Shown: positions 60,552 through 64,000 of the stretch, piece after piece
Position numbering within the stretch: position 1 is the stretch's first letter
Layout: each line of letters opens with the position of its first letter
From: Longimicrobiales bacterium
Lineage (GTDB): Bacteria > Gemmatimonadota > Gemmatimonadetes > Longimicrobiales > Gaopeijiaceae
DNA: 64,000 bases
NCBI GenBank assembly: GCA_965219445.1
Contig: CBDCNQ010000003.1
Span: 416,001-480,000, forward strand
Reading direction: 5' to 3'
Notes under the pieces: generated by a model
Database searches by the model: none
The model's input: the letters and a program-made list of their open reading frames with translations, nothing else
Told to the model about the DNA's origin: nothing
Position numbers and translations under genes: made by a program

Positions 60552-61114
60552 CTCGTGATCCGTTCGTGAACCAAGACGAAGCCCCCCTCGCCATCCCAGG
60601 TCCGGAGCACGCGACTGACCGTGACCCCGACCTGACGCGCGAGAATCCGAATGTTCACGAGTGCAATCACTTGCTCATCGGATAGGTCGATGGAGGCCCA
60701 AGCACCTCTCGGTGTCTCCGAAAAAGTACGGCATGTCTCCTCAAGTGGTCCCAGCATGGTCCCTTCGGGGAACGGGACCCGAAGCGCACTTGCACCAACG
60801 GAATACGTTCGTAGGATGCTCGCCCAGCGAGCACCCGAGCTCCTGAGCGACGCCACAGCGTCGGGCGAGACCCCTGCGTTTCTGGCAACGAAAAGGACCA
60901 CCACGATCTCATCGGCGCGCAGGGGCCACTCCGCAAGGATTCCGACCTCATCGGAGGAAACGGGGAACGCCTGGCCTATGGTGGCATGATAGGCATCGAT
61001 GGCCGTTCGATCCGGGACCCGCCGTTGCGCCACCAATGAAGGCGGTACCACGCTCATGAGCCCCAGCACTCCAACCATGGCTCCGTGTATTCGACCCACC
61101 GCTGTCTCCTCCAC
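60548..61114 (-). CDS. hypothetical exported helical protein
   Basis: Signal-like segment ending LVAQ; stop overlaps start of the deiodinase gene. Confidence 0.6.
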   Translation of the reverse strand: MEETAVGRIHGAMVGVLGLMSVVPPSLVAQRRVPDRTAIDAYHATIGQAFPVSSDEVGILAEWPLRADEIVVVLFVARNAGVSPDAVASLRSSGARWASILRTYSVGASALRVPFPEGTMLGPLEETCRTFSETPRGAWASIDLSDEQVIALVNIRILARQVGVTVSRVLRTWDGEGGFVLVHERITR

Positions 61115-61248
61115 CGACGCCGGCTACCATTCGATCCCGCTCAAAACGGTACGACCTTGCGTTGTAATCTTCCACCGAGACCAACGTTTCGCCATGTCCA
61201 GATGTGATAGACCAGCCCTCACGCCAAATGGAGGGAATTTTCCCGGTT

Positions 61249-61263
61249 TGGCACGACTCTTGA
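61249..61263 (+). promoter_or_regulatory. near-consensus sigma54 promoter
   Basis: TGGCACGACTCTTGA (-12 GC is GA). Confidence 0.5.
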
Positions 61264-61326
61264 GGTTAGATCAGACTAGACCGGCATCGCATCGCCGGCA
61301 CCCTCGATTTGAACGAGGAGGTGGTC

Positions 61327-61639
61327 ATGAGCGGACACGACAGCAACAGTTGGGGCCGGGGCCTCCCAGCGGGTACGCCCGCCGTTCAGGCCGCACCCCA
61401 AGTCGCCGTACACGGCCCAGAAGACACCAAATCGGATGTTTTGATCGACTTCACTGATTCCCATGTGGTTGATTTTGAAGGACTTACACTCCTTTTGACA
61501 AGCACAACGCCTTGCTCACTCCGAAGATCGCCAGGTGTGGCTCATGGGGCTGCCAGAGAACGCATGGTCCGTGCTCGAAGCAATGGGCCTCGATGACCTC
61601 TTCGTTCGCGTCAGCTCCCCTGGGGGACGGCCAAGCTAG
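61327..61639 (+). pseudogene. STAS-domain (anti-sigma antagonist-like) gene with +1 frameshift at about 61500
   Basis: GAGGAGG SD; VLIDFTDSHVVDFEGLTLLLT, then in the next frame AQRLAHSEDRQVWLMGLPENAWSVLEAMGLDDLF; extra A in ACA-A-GCA. Confidence 0.75.
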
Positions 61640-61663
61640 TAACCGCCTGGGCTTCCCCCTCCT

Positions 61664-61698
61664 TGCCCCTCGCCCTCCAGGGCGGGGGGCATTTTTTT
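61664..61698 (+). terminator. rho-independent terminator
   Basis: TGCCCCTCGCCC-TCCA-GGGCGGGGGGCA followed by T7. Confidence 0.8.
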
Positions 61699-61754
61699 CC
61701 AATTTAGGGACCTAAATGCCTCCCTCACACTCCTAGAAAGGCCCGTTCGTACGG

Positions 61755-62780
61755 CTACCGATCCGCCACGATCTCGAGTAGACTTTCGGGATTCCATCGG
61801 GGGCGCTCGGAGCGGTTGGCGAGCTCGTATCCAAGGTAAAAGATCAACTGGCTGACTCTGACCGCCTTCTCCGGGTCGATACGGTCCACCTCGTCGTCAC
61901 GTCCGTGGTAGTCCTCGTGGGTGCCGTTGAAGAAAAAGAGGACCGGGACGCCCTTCCGCGCAAAGTTGTAGTGGTCGGAGCGGAAGTAGAAACGCTCTTC
62001 CGGCCAAATGTCGTCGATGGCGGTCATCCCGAGTTCCGGATGCGCCTCGTTCACAAGGCCGAGTGTCTCACCGAGATCGGAGTGCTCCATTCCGATCGCG
62101 ACGATCGTATCCGGCCAGTTACGCCCCACCATATCGGCGTTGAGGTCGGCCACCATGCGGTCGGCGGGCACAGGCGGATTTTCCGTGAAATACGCGCTAC
62201 CCCAAAGCCCCTTCTCTTCGCCACTCACCAACAGGAAGAGAACCGACCGCCTCGGCTTCGTGTCGAGGGACGCGTATGCCTCCGCGATCTCTAGAACGGC
62301 CGCGGTCCCGGACGCGTCGTCATCGGCCCCGTTGTTGATGCTGTCGCCTTCGGCGTTGGGTATGCCGATGCCGATGTGATCCATGTGGGCACTGAAGACG
62401 ACGTATTCTTCTTTGAGGACCGGGTCGCTGCCTTCCAGGATGCCGGCCACATTCGGGGCGGAGCGGACCGTGTCGATCGGGTAACGCTGAATATAGGAAC
62501 CGTCATCCCCCGCGGGTACCAGGCCCATCCGGTCGAATTCGCTGGCGATCCACGCCGCCGTCATCTCGAGGCCGCGACTAGGCGTATCCCGGCCGCCCAT
62601 GCTGTCGTGGGCGATCACGCCGAGCTTTCGCAGATAATCATCCGAGTCGATGTACGAGACCGCGGCCGCGACAGCGTCGTCGAGGGGCTCGAGTCGGTCG
62701 CCGGTCGTATCGCGAGTGCAAGCGGAACTACCCGCCATCACGATACAGAGGAGCGTCGGCAGCAAGAACTGTGATTTCAT
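61755..62780 (-). CDS. M28 family peptidase lipoprotein
   Basis: SSAC lipobox, SAHMDH, NGADDDASG, GEEKGL, NADM, RSDH, DYH. Confidence 0.92.
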   Translation of the reverse strand: MKSQFLLPTLLCIVMAGSSACTRDTTGDRLEPLDDAVAAAVSYIDSDDYLRKLGVIAHDSMGGRDTPSRGLEMTAAWIASEFDRMGLVPAGDDGSYIQRYPIDTVRSAPNVAGILEGSDPVLKEEYVVFSAHMDHIGIGIPNAEGDSINNGADDDASGTAAVLEIAEAYASLDTKPRRSVLFLLVSGEEKGLWGSAYFTENPPVPADRMVADLNADMVGRNWPDTIVAIGMEHSDLGETLGLVNEAHPELGMTAIDDIWPEERFYFRSDHYNFARKGVPVLFFFNGTHEDYHGRDDEVDRIDPEKAVRVSQLIFYLGYELANRSERPRWNPESLLEIVADR

Positions 62781-62891
62781 CGGACCTTTCTACACACTCC
62801 CGAGAGGTTGCCCACGCCGTCGAGAAGACCGGAGCGGCGTGTTCAGGGCCAATAACTTACCTGGTGAAAGGGGGGACGCCACCCACCCCTC

Positions 62892-64000
62892 TCAGCGCAG
62901 CCCCAACGCGCGGTCCAACAGCTCTCCCAACTCGGGCTCCGTGAGCGGTCCCGACAGGACCGCCACACCTCCAGGTACGTCGCGGACGGCCATGGCCCAA
63001 CCCGCCGGTTGTATACGGCCGAGGAATTCGTTTCGCTCCTGAAAGACACCGCCGACCACCGCATCGCTCCCGGCCGACGGAACGAACTGAAGCTCGACGA
63101 GGCGTCCGTCGTCCAACTCTTGAGTTACGACCACCGAACCGCCCGGGCCTTCAGCCGAGCCGTCGGCTCCCGGAACCAACCGCACATCACGGACCGGGAG
63201 TCCGGGCACGAGAAAAGAAGAAGTCGTCGAGAGCGAGGCGGCCGTAGAGGGTGCGGGCGCGGCGTAGCCAAGCGGCGAGGCCGCGTCCCGCCGGTCAAGG
63301 TCCGGCGCGGAGCGACGCAGCTCGTCGGAGAGGGAGGGCGCCTGCACCTGAGGTTCTGCAGCTTGGGCCCCCACGCTCGCGTCGGCGGGGCCCACCTCAC
63401 GAGCAACGGCCGATTCTGCTCGCTGTCGCGCAGATACAGCCTCGACCTGATCAAGGACCGCATCGTCATCGAACCCCCCAGCGCCCCGATCGGCACCAAG
63501 TCCATCCCCCCCGACGGCCCCGGCGCCTGGGGACTCGCGTGGTGCCTCCGCCTCGGCTAGCCCAGCGGCCACCGCGGCTTGCGACTCCAGCAGCGTCTCC
63601 GCTTCGGCTAACTCACCGGTGTTGTCACGCTCCGCACGCTGCTCATCGGCGGCCCGTCGTAGCCTGATCTCAGTCGCAGCCGGCTCGGCCACTGGTCCTC
63701 GGGCGACATCACCCGCCGGCCCCGTAACATCTCGGGCCATCCAGCCCGCCCCGAGTGATACCACAACCGTCGCCGCCCAACGTAGCACGTACATGCGGCT
63801 GCCTACCGAACTTCGAGCCCCTCCCATCCGGCCGGACCGCTCGGGCTCTTCAGCCCCCTCGGGCCCATCGAACGCCTTAGCCCTGGCCAACAACTCCTCG
63901 AGTGGATCGAGTTCCACCGGTCCCTGTGCCGAAGCCGTGATGATCGTGGACGCCTCTTGCCGCAAGCGCCTTTCGACCTCGAGCAACTGCGCACACTCCC
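62892..64000 (-). CDS. probable anti-sigma-like membrane protein (5' truncated)
   Basis: Frame open at the edge with ECAQLLE (possible end of zf-HC2), TM LRWAATVVVSLGAGW, Ala-rich linker, C-terminal beta domain. Confidence 0.6.
   Translation of the reverse strand, partial: ECAQLLEVERRLRQEASTIITASAQGPVELDPLEELLARAKAFDGPEGAEEPERSGRMGGARSSVGSRMYVLRWAATVVVSLGAGWMARDVTGPAGDVARGPVAEPAATEIRLRRAADEQRAERDNTGELAEAETLLESQAAVAAGLAEAEAPRESPGAGAVGGDGLGADRGAGGFDDDAVLDQVEAVSARQRAESAVAREVGPADASVGAQAAEPQVQAPSLSDELRRSAPDLDRRDAASPLGYAAPAPSTAASLSTTSSFLVPGLPVRDVRLVPGADGSAEGPGGSVVVTQELDDGRLVELQFVPSAGSDAVVGGVFQERNEFLGRIQPAGWAMAVRDVPGGVAVLSGPLTEPELGELLDRALGLR

Overview
A GC-rich bacterial chromosomal segment. Gene order and conserved hypothetical proteins suggest Gemmatimonadota, though this is inference. 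The minus-strand housekeeping backbone runs apgM, TPR, M16 peptidase pair, NUDIX, ECF/anti-sigma, holA, SPOR, response regulator, copA, then mutS, tonB-C, cbs, ddl, rhomboid, EF-G2, yebC, ruvCAB, queA, and finally tgt, yajC, def, fmt, thiE, thiS, thiG, rsmB. Two accessory blocks interrupt it: about 19.7 kb between queA and tgt, and about 3.2 kb between ruvB and queA. The best candidate for an undescribed system is a five-gene envelope module at 11.7-16.1 kb: helical lipoprotein, ECF sigma, membrane anti-sigma with an extracytoplasmic glycogen-binding (AMPK-type CBM48) domain, a beta-barrel-like protein ending in a second CBM48, and a secreted helical protein. Two identically spaced ECF promoter motifs (TGTGACC-N15-TCGTCT) tie it together. 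Other highlights: an octaheme cytochrome c with a putative beta-barrel partner; a 300-bp structured MITE between thiE and thiS with solo end copies at three other gene boundaries; an unlisted 30-aa membrane protein coupled to copA; an iodotyrosine deiodinase-like gene in an operon with a GCS2-CBS ligase; three sigma54-type promoters; candidate CTG starts in CTGA overlaps; and three frameshifted genes. No rRNA, tRNA, CRISPR array, transposase or defence system was recognised.
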